NCBI GenBank assembly: GCA_963717505.1
Contig: OY970342.1
Coordinates: 832,001-896,000, forward strand
Direction: 5' to 3'
DNA: 64,000 nt
Source: Candidatus Eiseniibacteriota bacterium
GTDB taxonomy: Bacteria > Eisenbacteria > RBG-16-71-46
This document shows positions 11,150 to 20,608 of this stretch, in pieces. A program made the translations under genes and the position numbers. The notes beneath the pieces are model-generated. The model did not search any database and had not been told where the DNA came from. It saw nothing but the letters and a program-made list of their open reading frames with translations. Each line of letters starts with the position of its first letter. The first letter of the stretch is position 1.

Positions 11150-11322
11150 CTACCTCCCCCGCGAAGCAACTCACCACTCGATGGCTCTCGCGAAAGGAGG
11201 ACGGCACCACCCGAACACCACCGGCTCTACCCCGAGGATCCCAGTTCGCTCGATCGCTCCACCAAAAACCCTTCACTCACTTCAACCACTCACTCTCAAC
11301 CAACTCTAAGGAGATCACCACC

Positions 11323-11715
11323 ATGTACCGCAATCGCAAGTCGCTCATGCTGACCCTGGTCGCCGCCCTCTGCCTCTCGATTCCGTTCGCCCATGCCGAT
11401 GGCAGCAACGCCCAGGTCACCCTCAACGTCGAATCTGTCTGCGGCCGGGGCTCCAACATCTTCAACATCCGCAACGCCGGCACCACCACCTCCTCGACCA
11501 TGCGTTATCGCCTGATCGCTCGCGCCAGCGAGTTCATGCCGCCGCTGCACACCTGGCAGCTGGTGCTGATGCCCCTGGCGCCCGGTCAGGTGTTCCGGCT
11601 CTACGCACCGCGCGACGCCCACGGCCTCAAGCTCAGCATCGAGGTCGAGACCGTCCCCGGTACCGTGGTCAATCAGCAGCAACGGGCGGTCTCCTACCCC
11701 AACTTCTGCTGGTAA
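11323..11715 (+). CDS. Small secreted protein, 130 aa (copy 2)
   Basis: Same protein as 6370-6762; AAGGAG RBS preceded by a C/A-rich tract. Confidence 0.85.
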   Translation: MYRNRKSLMLTLVAALCLSIPFAHADGSNAQVTLNVESVCGRGSNIFNIRNAGTTTSSTMRYRLIARASEFMPPLHTWQLVLMPLAPGQVFRLYAPRDAHGLKLSIEVETVPGTVVNQQQRAVSYPNFCW

Positions 11716-11742
11716 CGCCGGTTCGACAGGCGGCAATGAATG

Positions 11743-11774
11743 CGAGGGGTGGCGAAAGCCACCCCTCGTTGTTT
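11743..11774 (+). terminator. Rho-independent terminator
   Basis: CGAGGGGTGGC-GAAA-GCCACCCCTCG (11-bp perfect stem) followed by TTGTTT. Confidence 0.85.
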
Positions 11775-11801
11775 CGTGCGCGCCGCACCGCCTGGGCACC
11801 G

Positions 11802-14800
11802 TCATCGGATGAGCACCATGCGGGCGCGCAGCACCTGACCACCGTGCATCAGTCGAATGAAATAGAGCCCCGCCCGCAGACGCGGAGAGTCGAGCGTCAC
11901 CACGTGGCTCCCCGGGCCGAGCCCGCCGACATCGCGGCGCAGCACCCGGCGCCCGGCGAGGTCGATCACCTCGAGCACCCCCGGGTCGCGGCTCGGCAGG
12001 GTGAATGCGATCCGTGCCGTTCCTATCGCGGGGTTGGGACGCGCTCCGGCCAGCGCCAGCTTCGGCGGTCCTTCAATCTCGACATCAGTGGTCGAGGTGA
12101 TCTGGACGTCAAATCCGGGCGGACCCGGCGGGTCCTCGCGATTGTCCACGTGGTCACGGGCACGGCTGTAGAACGCGTACGTGTGGGGCTGGAGGTCACC
12201 GGGGCGCCGCTCGAAGATGGCGGAGGTGAGCGGGGTGGTGAGCCACTCATCTTTGAAGGCACCGTCCTCGAAGTAGTAGACCGTGTAGTTCAGGACGTCG
12301 GCGGGGTCGCCCTCCGGTGCCCAGCTCACCGTGAAGCTGCGCTCCATCTGGGGATTGCCCAACGTCAGCACGTGGCTGGCCGGCGGCGTGTCGTCCACGT
12401 AGTTGGTCCACGCCGGGATCGGGACGGTCATCGGCGGGTTGGTGTCGAATCGGATGGTCGCCGAGTTGGTGATCTCGGTGTGCTGGGGCAGGCCGCTGCG
12501 CGGTCGCACGGTGAACAGGACGCTGCCCTCGCCCTCGGGTGAGTTGTTGTTGGCGGGCAGGAACCCGGCGCCGGGCGGCAGCGGACCATTGGGGTTCACC
12601 GAGTTGAAGTACCAGGTCAGCGTCCTGCCGATCAGGGTCACGTTCACGTCGACTCTCAGGTTCGGGTTCAGGAGCTTCGATTCCGTCCGATCGAATTGCG
12701 GGTAGCAATGGTAGGGAGTGCCGGTCGGGTCCTTGCCGAAGGTGACGGTGCCGAGCCTGAGGGTGGCCGGGTCGAGATCGGCGTCGAGCACGTCGGTCAC
12801 CTGCGCGTGCTGGGCGGGGAACATCGCGCCGGCCAGGTTCTCGAAGTGGATCGTGTAGGTGAGGTCATCCCGACTGGTGATGGTGCCGCCGATGCCCCGG
12901 TTGCCGAACTTGTCGCTGGGGTCGACCGCCCCCCCGGCCTCGACCAGCAGCACCTCGCGCCAGGTGGTCGACAGCGACTGGCCGCAGCCCGTCGGAACCG
13001 AGTCCTGCTCGACCGACTGGAGCATGAAGCCCAGCGCCTGGCGGGCTTCGGCCAGCGCGGCGGCCAGGCTGGCGGCGCCCTCGCACTGCCAGCCGATCTT
13101 GGCCCACACCCCGATCCCATTCATCGCCTGGACTTGCGGCTGGCCGGCGAGACTGTCGTTGAGTGCCGTGAGCTGGCTCCCCATGCAGGCGGTGTTGGTG
13201 ATCACGGCGCTCATGCAGTTGCGAAACGCGGTGTTGTTCACCCACGGCGGCGTCAACGCCACGGTGAGCGGGAACGTCGTGGGAGCGGGGACCGTCAGGT
13301 ACACCCTGCGGACCGAGGTCCCCGGCGGCACGCGCGGGATGATCATCGCCAGGTAGCGGCCGCCGGCACTGGCCAAAGTGTCCGGGAGCAGGCTCCAGAT
13401 GGGTTCGCCACCGCTCTGCGGCGGATCGGCGAGCGGGAAGTCGAGCGCGACGGTGGCACTGTCGGGTATGCCAGCGATCCACAGCGGCACGGTCAGCGCA
13501 TCGATATTGCCGGGGTTCTGGAGAACGAGGTCGAAGGCGGTTGGATAGCCGGTGCGGATGACGTCCGGGCCAATGATGTCGACGCGCAACGGGGCCGCCG
13601 CCCCGCTGTCGATGGTGAAGCCGTTGGGCAGGGACGCAGTCTGGAGGTCGGGGTTGACGACCACCACGTCCCACAGGCCCTGCGCCTGGCCGGCTAGGTC
13701 GAAGGTCGCGGTGAGGCTGAGACCATCGTCCGCCACTAGCACCCCGCTGCCCGGAATGTCCGGTTGTCCCGAGCGCGAGAGCCTGACCGTGGCGCCGTTC
13801 AGCAGGTTGTGTCCCGCGACCGTAACCGTCACGACGCCAGTGTTACCGCCGCTCGCTGGCTGCACCGCCTGGACGTCCGGCATGGCTGCGATGGCAGCGA
13901 TGCCGCTCTGTGGCAACCCGCCGATGCTGGTGAAGGACCCGCCTGCGTAGATCGTAGAGCCGCTCACCGTGAGGGCCAACACGAGGCTGGCGGCGTCCGG
14001 ATTCCAGGCGGTGGCGGCACCGGCCGTGGCATCGAGGGCGGCGACGTAGTTACGCGCTTGCGCGCCGATGCTGGTGAAGTCCCCGCCCGCGTAGACCGTG
14101 GAGCCGCTCACCGCCAGGGCGCGGACCCCGGCGTTGGCGCTCGGGCTCCATGCGGAGGCCACTCCGGTGATGGTATCAAGGGCGGCGACGTAGCTGCGCG
14201 CTTGTGCGCCGATGCTGCTGAAGGCCCCGCCCGCGTACACCGTTGAGCCGTTCACCGCCAGGGCGAGGACGAAGCTGTTGGCGTTTGGGTTCCAGGCAGT
14301 GGCGAGCCCGGTGGTGGCATTGAGCGCCGCGATGCGGTTGCGCGCCTGCCCGCCGATGCTGGTGAAGTCCCCGCCCGCATAGACCGTGGAGCCGCTCACC
14401 GCCAGGGCGGAGACGTAGCCGTTCGCGTTCGGGTTCCAGGCGGTGGCCATGCCGGTCGTGGCATCGAGGGCGGCGATGTAATTGCGCGCTTGCCCGCCGA
14501 TACTGGTGAAGTCGCCGCCCGCGTAGACCGTGGAGCCGCTCACCGCGAGGGCCCGGACACTCTGGTCGGCGTTCGGGCTCCAGGCAGTGGCGAGCCCGGT
14601 GGTGGCATCGAGCGACGCGATCCGGTTGCGCGCCTGCCCGCCGATGCTGGTGAAGCCCCCCACCGCGTAGACGGTGGAACCGCTCACCCCCAGGGCCAAG
14701 ACGGGCCCATCGGCGTTCGGGTTCCAGGCGGTGGCGGCCCCGGTTGTGGCGTCCAGGGCGGCGATGTTGTTGCGCGTCTGCCCACCGAGGCTGGTGAATT

Positions 14801-15989
14801 CTCCCCCTGCATAAATGGTGGAGCCACTCACGGCGAGGACCCACACCCCGTTGTTGGCGTTGGGGTCCCAGGCGGTGGCCATACCGGTCGTGGCATCGAG
14901 AGCGGCGATGAAGTTGCGCGCTTGCCCACCGATGCTGGTGAAGTATCCGCCCGCATAAACGGTAAGACCGCTCACCGCGAGGGTGTAGACCTCGCCGTCG
15001 GTGCTCGGGTTCCAGGCAGTGGCGGCACCGGTCCCGGTGTCGAGGGCGGCAATGGTGTTGCGTGTCGAATCGCCGATGCTGGTGAAGGGCCCGCACGCGT
15101 AGACGATGTTGTCGCTTACCGCGATCCCCCAGACGTTGGAGTTCGCGTTCGGGTTCCAGGCGGTGGCCGCGCCGGTCGTGGCGTCGAGGGCGGCGATGTG
15201 GTTGCGAGTCGAATCGCCGATGATCGTGAAGTTCCCTCCCGCGTAGATGGTGGAGTTTCTCACCGCGATCACGTAGAGGTAAGAGTTCGCGTTCGGGTTC
15301 CAGGCGGTGGCCGCGCCGCTCGTAGCATCGAGGGCGGCGATGTAGTTGCGAGTCGAATCGCCGATGCTGGTGAAGGCCCCGCACGCATAGACTGTGGAGC
15401 TGCTCACCGCGAGGCTGCGGACCTCGCCGTCGGCGCTAGGGTTCCAGGCAGTGGCCTCACCGGTCGCGGCATCGAGGGCGGCGATGTAGTTGCGCGCCTG
15501 CCCGCCGATGGTGGTGAAGATCCCGCCCGCGTAGACGGTGGTGCCGCTCACCGCGAGGCAATTAATCAGCGCGTCCGCGTTCGGATTCCAGGTGGATACC
15601 GACATGTCCGAAGCCACGTGGGCAACGTTTGACCGTGGAATGCCTCCCACGGCGGTGAACCATCCTCCCACGTACCAGCCACCTGCTCCGTCGGGGACCG
15701 CCGCATACACGATGCCGGTGATTCTTGGGAACGACGACGGCAGCCCGCCGCTCGCGACATCGATGGGAACGCCACCGCCGGTGGCGGGCCCCACCTGGCT
15801 GAAGGATCCGCCAATGTAAACCGTCCCTCCCTCGCGGACGACGCCATTCACCTGGCCATTCGTGACCCAAAGGTTCTCGTCGATCGCCTGTGCGATCCCC
15901 TCGCCGGCCGTCAACGGCACGAACGCGATGGCTAGGCCGAGGGTGACCAGGTCACGGAAGCGCCGCAAAAAGCCCCGTCGACGCGCCAG
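11802..15989 (-). CDS. Large secreted beta-propeller repeat protein with IPT-like, DP(N/S)DK-type and T9SS-A/FlgD-like C-terminal domains (paralogue 1)
   Basis: About 48-aa repeats 'ALAVSGSTVYAGGxFTSIGGQARNxIAALDATTGxATAWNPNA'; C-terminus 'RPNP...DLAGRRV...GLYFIRL...MVLIR'. ORF is open to 16184; start placed at a CTG behind GAGGAGG (uncertain). Confidence 0.88.
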   Translation of the reverse strand: MARRRGFLRRFRDLVTLGLAIAFVPLTAGEGIAQAIDENLWVTNGQVNGVVREGGTVYIGGSFSQVGPATGGGVPIDVASGGLPSSFPRITGIVYAAVPDGAGGWYVGGWFTAVGGIPRSNVAHVASDMSVSTWNPNADALINCLAVSGTTVYAGGIFTTIGGQARNYIAALDAATGEATAWNPSADGEVRSLAVSSSTVYACGAFTSIGDSTRNYIAALDATSGAATAWNPNANSYLYVIAVRNSTIYAGGNFTIIGDSTRNHIAALDATTGAATAWNPNANSNVWGIAVSDNIVYACGPFTSIGDSTRNTIAALDTGTGAATAWNPSTDGEVYTLAVSGLTVYAGGYFTSIGGQARNFIAALDATTGMATAWDPNANNGVWVLAVSGSTIYAGGEFTSLGGQTRNNIAALDATTGAATAWNPNADGPVLALGVSGSTVYAVGGFTSIGGQARNRIASLDATTGLATAWSPNADQSVRALAVSGSTVYAGGDFTSIGGQARNYIAALDATTGMATAWNPNANGYVSALAVSGSTVYAGGDFTSIGGQARNRIAALNATTGLATAWNPNANSFVLALAVNGSTVYAGGAFSSIGAQARSYVAALDTITGVASAWSPSANAGVRALAVSGSTVYAGGDFTSIGAQARNYVAALDATAGAATAWNPDAASLVLALTVSGSTIYAGGSFTSIGGLPQSGIAAIAAMPDVQAVQPASGGNTGVVTVTVAGHNLLNGATVRLSRSGQPDIPGSGVLVADDGLSLTATFDLAGQAQGLWDVVVVNPDLQTASLPNGFTIDSGAAAPLRVDIIGPDVIRTGYPTAFDLVLQNPGNIDALTVPLWIAGIPDSATVALDFPLADPPQSGGEPIWSLLPDTLASAGGRYLAMIIPRVPPGTSVRRVYLTVPAPTTFPLTVALTPPWVNNTAFRNCMSAVITNTACMGSQLTALNDSLAGQPQVQAMNGIGVWAKIGWQCEGAASLAAALAEARQALGFMLQSVEQDSVPTGCGQSLSTTWREVLLVEAGGAVDPSDKFGNRGIGGTITSRDDLTYTIHFENLAGAMFPAQHAQVTDVLDADLDPATLRLGTVTFGKDPTGTPYHCYPQFDRTESKLLNPNLRVDVNVTLIGRTLTWYFNSVNPNGPLPPGAGFLPANNNSPEGEGSVLFTVRPRSGLPQHTEITNSATIRFDTNPPMTVPIPAWTNYVDDTPPASHVLTLGNPQMERSFTVSWAPEGDPADVLNYTVYYFEDGAFKDEWLTTPLTSAIFERRPGDLQPHTYAFYSRARDHVDNREDPPGPPGFDVQITSTTDVEIEGPPKLALAGARPNPAIGTARIAFTLPSRDPGVLEVIDLAGRRVLRRDVGGLGPGSHVVTLDSPRLRAGLYFIRLMHGGQVLRARMVLIR

Positions 15990-16180
15990 GAGATGACCCT
16001 CCTCGCGATGCCCAGCACCGCCATGCTCTCCTTGGACCTCAACGGATGTACACGGCGACGACGCGAAGGTTGGCAGTCGCCCCGGTTGCGAGCGGTCGCC
16101 GAATTCATCCGAACACCCCAATCGCGCCGGCACCGACTGCCACGCGGCGCATAGCTCGGGCTTCGGCCCAACCTGAGCGG

Positions 16181-19100
16181 TCATCGGATGAGCACCATGC
16201 GGGCGCGCAGCACCTGCCCACCGTGCATCAGTCGAATGAAATAGAGCCCCGCCCGCAGACGCGGGGAGTCGAGCGTCACCACGTGGCTCCCTGGGCCGAG
16301 CGCGCCGACGTCGCGGCGCAGCACCCGGCGCCCGGCGACGTCGATCACCTCGAGCACCGCCGGGTCGCGGCTCGGTAGGGTGAACGCGATCCGTGCCGAA
16401 CCAATCGCGGGGTTGGGACGCGCTCCGGCCAGCGCCAGCTTTGGCGGTCCTTCAATCTCGACGTCGGTGGTCGAGGTGGTCTGGACGTCGAATCCCGGCG
16501 GATCCGGCGGGTCCTCGCGATTGTCCACGTGGTCACGGGCCTGGCTGTAGAAGCGGTAGACGTGGGGTTGGTGGTCATCGCTGCGCGGCTCGAACACCCC
16601 AAAGGTGAGCGGTGTGCTGAGCCGCGGCAGGAAGGGACCGCCGTCCTCTGAGGCGTAGAGGGTGTAGTTCAGGACGTCGGCGGGGTCGCTATCCGGGGCC
16701 CAGCTCACCGTGAAGCTGCGGCCGATTTGGGGACTGCCCAACGTCAGCACGTGGCTCGCCGGCGGCGTGACGTCCACGAAGTTAGTCCACGCCGGGGTGG
16801 TCATCGTCGGGTTGGTGTCGAATCGGATGGTCGCCGAGTTGGAGATCTCGGTGTGCTGGGGTAGACCGTTGCGCGGTTTCACCGTGAACAGCACGCTGCC
16901 CTCGCCCTCGCCGTGGTCGCCATTCGGAGGCAGGAACCCGGCGTCGGGCGGCAGCGGACCATTGGGGTTCACGGAGTTGAAGTACCAGGTCAGCGTCCTG
17001 CCGATCAGGGTCACGTTCACGTCGACTCTCAGGTTCGAGTTCAGGAGCCTCGATTCCGTCCGATCGAATTCCGGGTAGCAATGGTGGGGAGTGCCGGTCG
17101 GGTCCTTGCCGAAGGTGACGGTGCCGAGCCTGAGGGTGGTCAGGTCGAGATCGGCGTCGAGCACGTCGGTCACCTGCGCGTGCTGGGCGGGGAACAAGGC
17201 GCCGGCCAGGTTCTCGAAGCGGATCGTGTAGGTGAGGTCATCCTGGCCGGTGATGGTGCTGTCCAAGCCGCGGTTGCCAAACTTGTCGTTGGGGTCGATC
17301 GAACCGCCGGCCTCGACCAGCAGCACCTCGCGCCAGGTGGTCGACAGCGACTGGCCGCAGCCCGTCGGGACCGAGTCCTGCTCGACCGACTGGAGCATGA
17401 AACCCAACGCCTGACGCGCCTCGGCCAGCGCGGGAGCCAGACCGAAGGCGCCCTCGCACTGCCAGCCGATCTTCGCCCACACCCCGATCCCATTCATCGC
17501 TTGAATCCCGAGATGGCTCACGAGGTCGTTGAGTTCCGTGAGATGGCTCCCCATGCAATTGGTGTTGGTGATCACGGCGCTCATGCAGTTGCGGAACACC
17601 GTGTTGTTCACCCACGGTGGCGTCAACGCCACGGTGAGCGGGAACGTCGTGGGTGCGGGGACCGTCAGGTACACCCTGCGGACTGAGGTCCCGGGCGGCA
17701 CGCGCGGGATGATCATCGCCAGGTAGCGGCCGCCGGCACTGGTCAAAGTGTCGGGAAGCATGCTCCAGACTGGCTCGCCTGCGTCTTGGGGCGGATCGGC
17801 AAGCGGGAAGTCGAGCGTGACGGTGGCGCTGGTGGGTATACCGGCGATCCACAGCGGCACGGTCAGCGCATCGATGTTGCCGGGGTTCTGGAGGACGAGG
17901 TCGAAGGCGGTTGGATACCCGGTGCGGATGACGTCGGGGCCAATGATGTCCACGCGCAGCGGGACCCCTTCCACGCTGTCGATGGTGAAGCCACCGGCGA
18001 GCGTGGCTGTCTGAAGATCGGGGGTGGTGACCACAACGTCCCATGCACCGACCGCTGCATCCTGCAGATCGAATCTCGCGCCCAGGCTCATTCCGTCTGA
18101 CGCCACCGGGAAGGTGGTGGCGATGATGTCCGGCTCGCCCGAACGGGAGAGTTTCGCCTCCGCGCCGGCCACCAGCCCGCTCCCCGACAACGTCACCGTC
18201 ACCTCGCCGCCGTTGCCGCCGCTCGCCGGCTGCGAGGAAACGAGCGACGGGGCGGCGGCGATCGCGGCGGCGTAGGCCTGGGGCCGACCCCCGACACCGA
18301 GAAAGTCTCCGCCCACGTACAAGGTGACGCCGCTGACCGCGAGCGCTGAAATGCTGAAAGGCTGGGTGGGCCCCTTGGTAAACACCCTGGCGTTGGGATC
18401 GAAGGGGCTGACCCGGGGATTCCACGCGCCGACGGCCGTGCTAGCCGCATCGAACGCGGCGATGAACTTGCGCGGCTGACCGCCGATCGTCGTGAAGTCT
18501 CCTGATGCATAGAGCGTAGTGCCGCTCACTGTCAGTCCGAGGACGTCGAGATCGGCGCCCGGGTCCCAGAGGGTGGCGTGTCCACTCGTGGTGTCGAGGG
18601 CGGCAATGTGGCTACGCAGCTTGCCATCCACGCTGGTGAAACCTCCGCCGATGTAAACCGTCGAGCCGCTCACAGCGATCGCCGACACGTTGTCGTTTGC
18701 GTTCGGATCCCAGGCAGTGGCGGCCCCGGTCGTGGCGTCGAGAGCGGCAATGCGATTGCGGGTCTGGCCGCCGATGCCGGTGAAATACCCACCGGCGTAG
18801 ACCGTCGAGCCGACCACCGCGAGCGCGTCCACCTCGCTGTTGGCGTTCGGGTTGAATGCCGTGGCCGCTCCGCTCGTGCCGTCCAGGGCCGCGATCCAGT
18901 TGCGCGTCTGACCTCCGATCTGACTGAAATTGCCGGCGACATAGATGGTCGAGCCGCTTGGTGCGATGGCGTAGACCGGTCCGATGGCATTGGGATTCCA
19001 CGCGGTCGCGAGGCCGGTCGTGACATCGAGCGCGGCGATTCGATTGCGCGGTTGACCACCGATGCCGGTGAAGTCCCCGCCGGCGTAGAGCGTGGAGCCG

Positions 19101-20407
19101 CTCACGGCCAATGTGCGGACCGGCGCAGTCGCGTTCGGGTTCCAGCTCGTGGCGGAGCCGGTCGAGGCGTCGAGCGCGGCGATGTTGTTGCGTACCAGTC
19201 CGCCGAAGCTGGTGAACACGCCGCCCGCATAGACCACGGAGCCGTTCATCTCCAGGCACTGGACCTCGTGGTTCGGGTTGGGATTCCATGCGCTGGCAAA
19301 CCCGGTTGCTGTGTCGAGGGCCGCAATGAAGTTACGCGACTGGCCGCCGACGCTGGTGAAGCCGCCACCCGCATACAGTGTCGACCCGCTCAGGCGGAGG
19401 GCGTACGTCCTGCCGTTCGGATTTGGGTTCCAGGCGGTCGCGAGCCCGCTGGTCGCGGAGAGGGCGGCGATGGCGCGCCGGGGTTGACCGCCGATACTAA
19501 GGAAGTCGCCGGCCACGTAGATTGTCGAGCCGGCGACCACGATATCGAGAACCGGATGGGTCGAGTTCGGGTCCCAGCTCGTGGGCGTATTGCTCCCGGT
19601 GTTGATCGCCGCGATCCGATTCCGTGGCTGGCCGGCGACGTGCTCGAAATAGCCGCCGATGTAGACCGTCGAGTCGCTGAGCGCGAGTGCATAGACATCG
19701 GCGTCCGGCTGTGGATCCCAACTCGTGGCCAGCCCGGTCATGGCATCGAGGGCCGCGACGTGCCTGCGAGTCTGCCCGCCGATGCTGGTGAATTCGCCGG
19801 CGACATAGACCGTAGAGCCGCTGACGGCGATCCGCCTGATAAAGAACCCGTTCGAGCCGGGGCTCCAGGCGGTGGCGGCGCCGGTCGTGGCGTCGAGTGC
19901 GGCCAGATTGTGGCGGGCCTGACCGCCGATGCTGTCGAAGCTGCCCGCGACGTAGACCACGGAACCGCTCACAGCGAACGCGCAGACGTACCCGTACATC
20001 CCGGCGCCGGTTGACGCGCCGCCAAACATGCGCGGATTCCAGGACGTCACCGACAGGTCCGCGGCGAGATGGGCGACACCGGAACGCGGCACGCCACCCA
20101 CGCTGGTGAACGATCCGCCGAGATACCACCCACCCGCTCCGTCCGGGACGATCGTCCGCACGATGCCGGCGACCTTCGGGAACCCGGCGATTGGTGCTCC
20201 GCTCGTCGCATGCAGCGGCACCCCGCTGCCGGTCGCCGGCCCGACCCGCGAGAACTGACCCCCGATGTAGATCGTACCCGCATCGCTCACGATGGCGTTC
20301 ACCGCGCCGTTCGTCACCCAGAGAGTCGAATCGACGGATTGGGCGGAGGCCATGCGGGCCGCGCCGAGGAGCGCGAGCAGGACCAGTCCGAGCGGTCGGA
20401 GAGCCAT
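16181..20407 (-). CDS. Large secreted beta-propeller repeat protein (paralogue 2)
   Basis: Signal peptide MALRPLGLVLLALLGAARMASA|Q, 14 propeller repeats, SIDPNDK motif; C-terminal part nearly identical to paralogue 1. Confidence 0.92.
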   Translation of the reverse strand: MALRPLGLVLLALLGAARMASAQSVDSTLWVTNGAVNAIVSDAGTIYIGGQFSRVGPATGSGVPLHATSGAPIAGFPKVAGIVRTIVPDGAGGWYLGGSFTSVGGVPRSGVAHLAADLSVTSWNPRMFGGASTGAGMYGYVCAFAVSGSVVYVAGSFDSIGGQARHNLAALDATTGAATAWSPGSNGFFIRRIAVSGSTVYVAGEFTSIGGQTRRHVAALDAMTGLATSWDPQPDADVYALALSDSTVYIGGYFEHVAGQPRNRIAAINTGSNTPTSWDPNSTHPVLDIVVAGSTIYVAGDFLSIGGQPRRAIAALSATSGLATAWNPNPNGRTYALRLSGSTLYAGGGFTSVGGQSRNFIAALDTATGFASAWNPNPNHEVQCLEMNGSVVYAGGVFTSFGGLVRNNIAALDASTGSATSWNPNATAPVRTLAVSGSTLYAGGDFTGIGGQPRNRIAALDVTTGLATAWNPNAIGPVYAIAPSGSTIYVAGNFSQIGGQTRNWIAALDGTSGAATAFNPNANSEVDALAVVGSTVYAGGYFTGIGGQTRNRIAALDATTGAATAWDPNANDNVSAIAVSGSTVYIGGGFTSVDGKLRSHIAALDTTSGHATLWDPGADLDVLGLTVSGTTLYASGDFTTIGGQPRKFIAAFDAASTAVGAWNPRVSPFDPNARVFTKGPTQPFSISALAVSGVTLYVGGDFLGVGGRPQAYAAAIAAAPSLVSSQPASGGNGGEVTVTLSGSGLVAGAEAKLSRSGEPDIIATTFPVASDGMSLGARFDLQDAAVGAWDVVVTTPDLQTATLAGGFTIDSVEGVPLRVDIIGPDVIRTGYPTAFDLVLQNPGNIDALTVPLWIAGIPTSATVTLDFPLADPPQDAGEPVWSMLPDTLTSAGGRYLAMIIPRVPPGTSVRRVYLTVPAPTTFPLTVALTPPWVNNTVFRNCMSAVITNTNCMGSHLTELNDLVSHLGIQAMNGIGVWAKIGWQCEGAFGLAPALAEARQALGFMLQSVEQDSVPTGCGQSLSTTWREVLLVEAGGSIDPNDKFGNRGLDSTITGQDDLTYTIRFENLAGALFPAQHAQVTDVLDADLDLTTLRLGTVTFGKDPTGTPHHCYPEFDRTESRLLNSNLRVDVNVTLIGRTLTWYFNSVNPNGPLPPDAGFLPPNGDHGEGEGSVLFTVKPRNGLPQHTEISNSATIRFDTNPTMTTPAWTNFVDVTPPASHVLTLGSPQIGRSFTVSWAPDSDPADVLNYTLYASEDGGPFLPRLSTPLTFGVFEPRSDDHQPHVYRFYSQARDHVDNREDPPDPPGFDVQTTSTTDVEIEGPPKLALAGARPNPAIGSARIAFTLPSRDPAVLEVIDVAGRRVLRRDVGALGPGSHVVTLDSPRLRAGLYFIRLMHGGQVLRARMVLIR

Positions 20408-20608
20408 TGTCCTAGCTCCCGGACCTACGATGCGGGGTGAGTGAGTGTGCGGCCTTCATTACTCCACCTTGGGTGCAACCGCGGCGCCTCGTGGGGGGCC
20501 GGACGAGCGCCAGTCGGGGGATCATACTGTCCGTCTTGAGCCTTGAATAGACCCCTTCTCACCCCCACTACTCCGGTTCCCCGGAATGGTTGAAGCCGCC
20601 AGCCCAGA

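Larger units (their letters stand above)
10988..11713 (+). repeat. 726-bp inverted repeat, right arm
   Basis: Reverse complement of 6372-7097; identity ends at the first base of the stop codon (TAA here, TGA in copy 1). Confidence 0.97.

Noticed and set aside
6372-11713. Composite transposon or IS pair
   Set aside because: The arms encode a secreted protein rather than a transposase; I saw no terminal inverted repeats within an arm and no target-site duplication.
13900-15860. CRISPR-like array from 144-bp periodicity
   Set aside because: Repeats are in-frame protein repeats with no repeat/spacer structure and no cas genes.
11802-20407. Diversity-generating retroelement TR/VR pair
   Set aside because: No reverse transcriptase in the window; both copies are coding and differences are not adenine-specific.
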